Positions 63,265-64,000 of a stretch of 64,000 bases of DNA are shown one piece after another. Each line of letters starts with the position of its first letter. Position 1 is the stretch's first letter. The notes below the pieces were generated by a model. That model had not been told where the DNA came from and did no database searches. It was given only the letters and a program-made list of their open reading frames with translations. The translations under genes and the position numbers were made by a program. The stretch spans positions 72,108,001 through 72,172,000 of the forward strand of contig NW_024704742.1 of assembly GCF_018977255.1 (NCBI RefSeq), read 5' to 3'. This stretch comes from Callorhinchus milii. Taxonomy: Eukaryota.

Positions 63265-63480
63265 TTCTCTTCGACCGTGCCTTCAGCTCCCCTCTCGACT
63301 CCGTACCTCCTCCTCGCTCCCTCCCCTTCCCCTGACCATTTCCCCCCTCCTCGCTCCCTCCCTTCCCTCCCCGACCATTCCCCCCCCCCCCAATGCTCGG
63401 GTCCCGACCCAACTGTCCAGCGCTTTGGGACGTCCTCCCGACGTGAAAGGCGCTCTGTAAATGGAATCTTGTTGTTGTAG
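63265..63480 (+). mobile_element. L2 3' end
   Basis: Matches the terminus of the L2 copy at 51550-51705. Confidence 0.85.
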
Positions 63481-63782
63481 TTGTGTGTGAAAAAAACACA
63501 CATTTTGCGGGTTTACATTTTTTAAAATATATATATATATACACACACCTGATTTTATTATATATATATATATACATATTATATATATTATACACCTATT
63601 AAAAAAAAGCATTTGCCCAACCGGTGTTTTTTCACGGGTGCCACCCCAAAAAAAAAACAACCCCCCCCTCCCCCCAAAAAAAAACAACCCCCCCAAAAAA
63701 AAACAACCCCCCCCAAAAAAAAAAAAACCGCCCAACTTGGGCGTGAAAACCCGCCCAATCTGAGCAGCGTCGCTTCGCTCAC

Positions 63783-63995
63783 CTGCGACAGGTCCACCCG
63801 CTCGGTGTAGTCCGCGAGCAGCGCGGCGGCGGCGCTGCTCCGGGCCGCCCGCTTGGGGCCGGGGCCGGGGCCGGGACCGGGGCCCGGGGAGCGGTGCACC
63901 GAGTACAGACCCGAGCAGACGCCGGTCTTGGTCGGGCGGCTGCGGTGCTCATCCCACGGTTTGCGCAGAGGCGCGAAGGGCTCGTAGGCGCTCAT
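63783..63995 (-). CDS. Neurofilament-like gene exon 1 (head domain)
   Basis: MSAYEPF...RVDLSQ/gtgagc; NEFL-like start and DLSQ motif; CpG-rich; the four exons give 405 aa. Confidence 0.85.
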
Positions 63996-64000
63996 GTTGC

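Noticed and set aside
63490..63730. A/C homopolymer mosaic and (AT)n tract
   Set aside because: Low complexity and possibly low-quality assembly; no supportable function

Overview
Vertebrate genomic DNA, most likely a cartilaginous fish (inferred from the CR1, L2, DeuSINE-like and tRNA-SINE repeat content; not verified). Five spliced protein-coding genes were reconstructed by hand, with GT-AG boundaries and consistent phases. (1) The terminal exon of a probable ANKRD53 (+, 593-1456). (2) A complete TEX261 (-, 6 exons, 196 aa). (3) A complete HSPA12B (+, 12 coding exons, 686 aa). (4) A complete MMP21-like metalloproteinase (+, 7 coding exons, about 688 aa). (5) A complete, almost tail-less neurofilament-like type IV intermediate filament gene (-, 4 coding exons, 405 aa). 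The remainder is SINE, LINE and MITE remnants and many mini- and microsatellites. The most notable signals concern pre-mRNA structure: an inverted copy of the TEX261 exon 5 donor in intron 3, a 149-bp 96%-identical inverted repeat bracketing MMP21-like exon 6, introns with mutually complementary simple repeats at their two ends, and (GT)n-rich acceptors. There is also an extra neurofilament intron flanked by a 9-bp direct repeat that regenerates a donor site. The MMP21-like gene may be a whole-genome-duplication paralogue rather than canonical MMP21. Gene names rest on recalled protein similarity; no database search was run.
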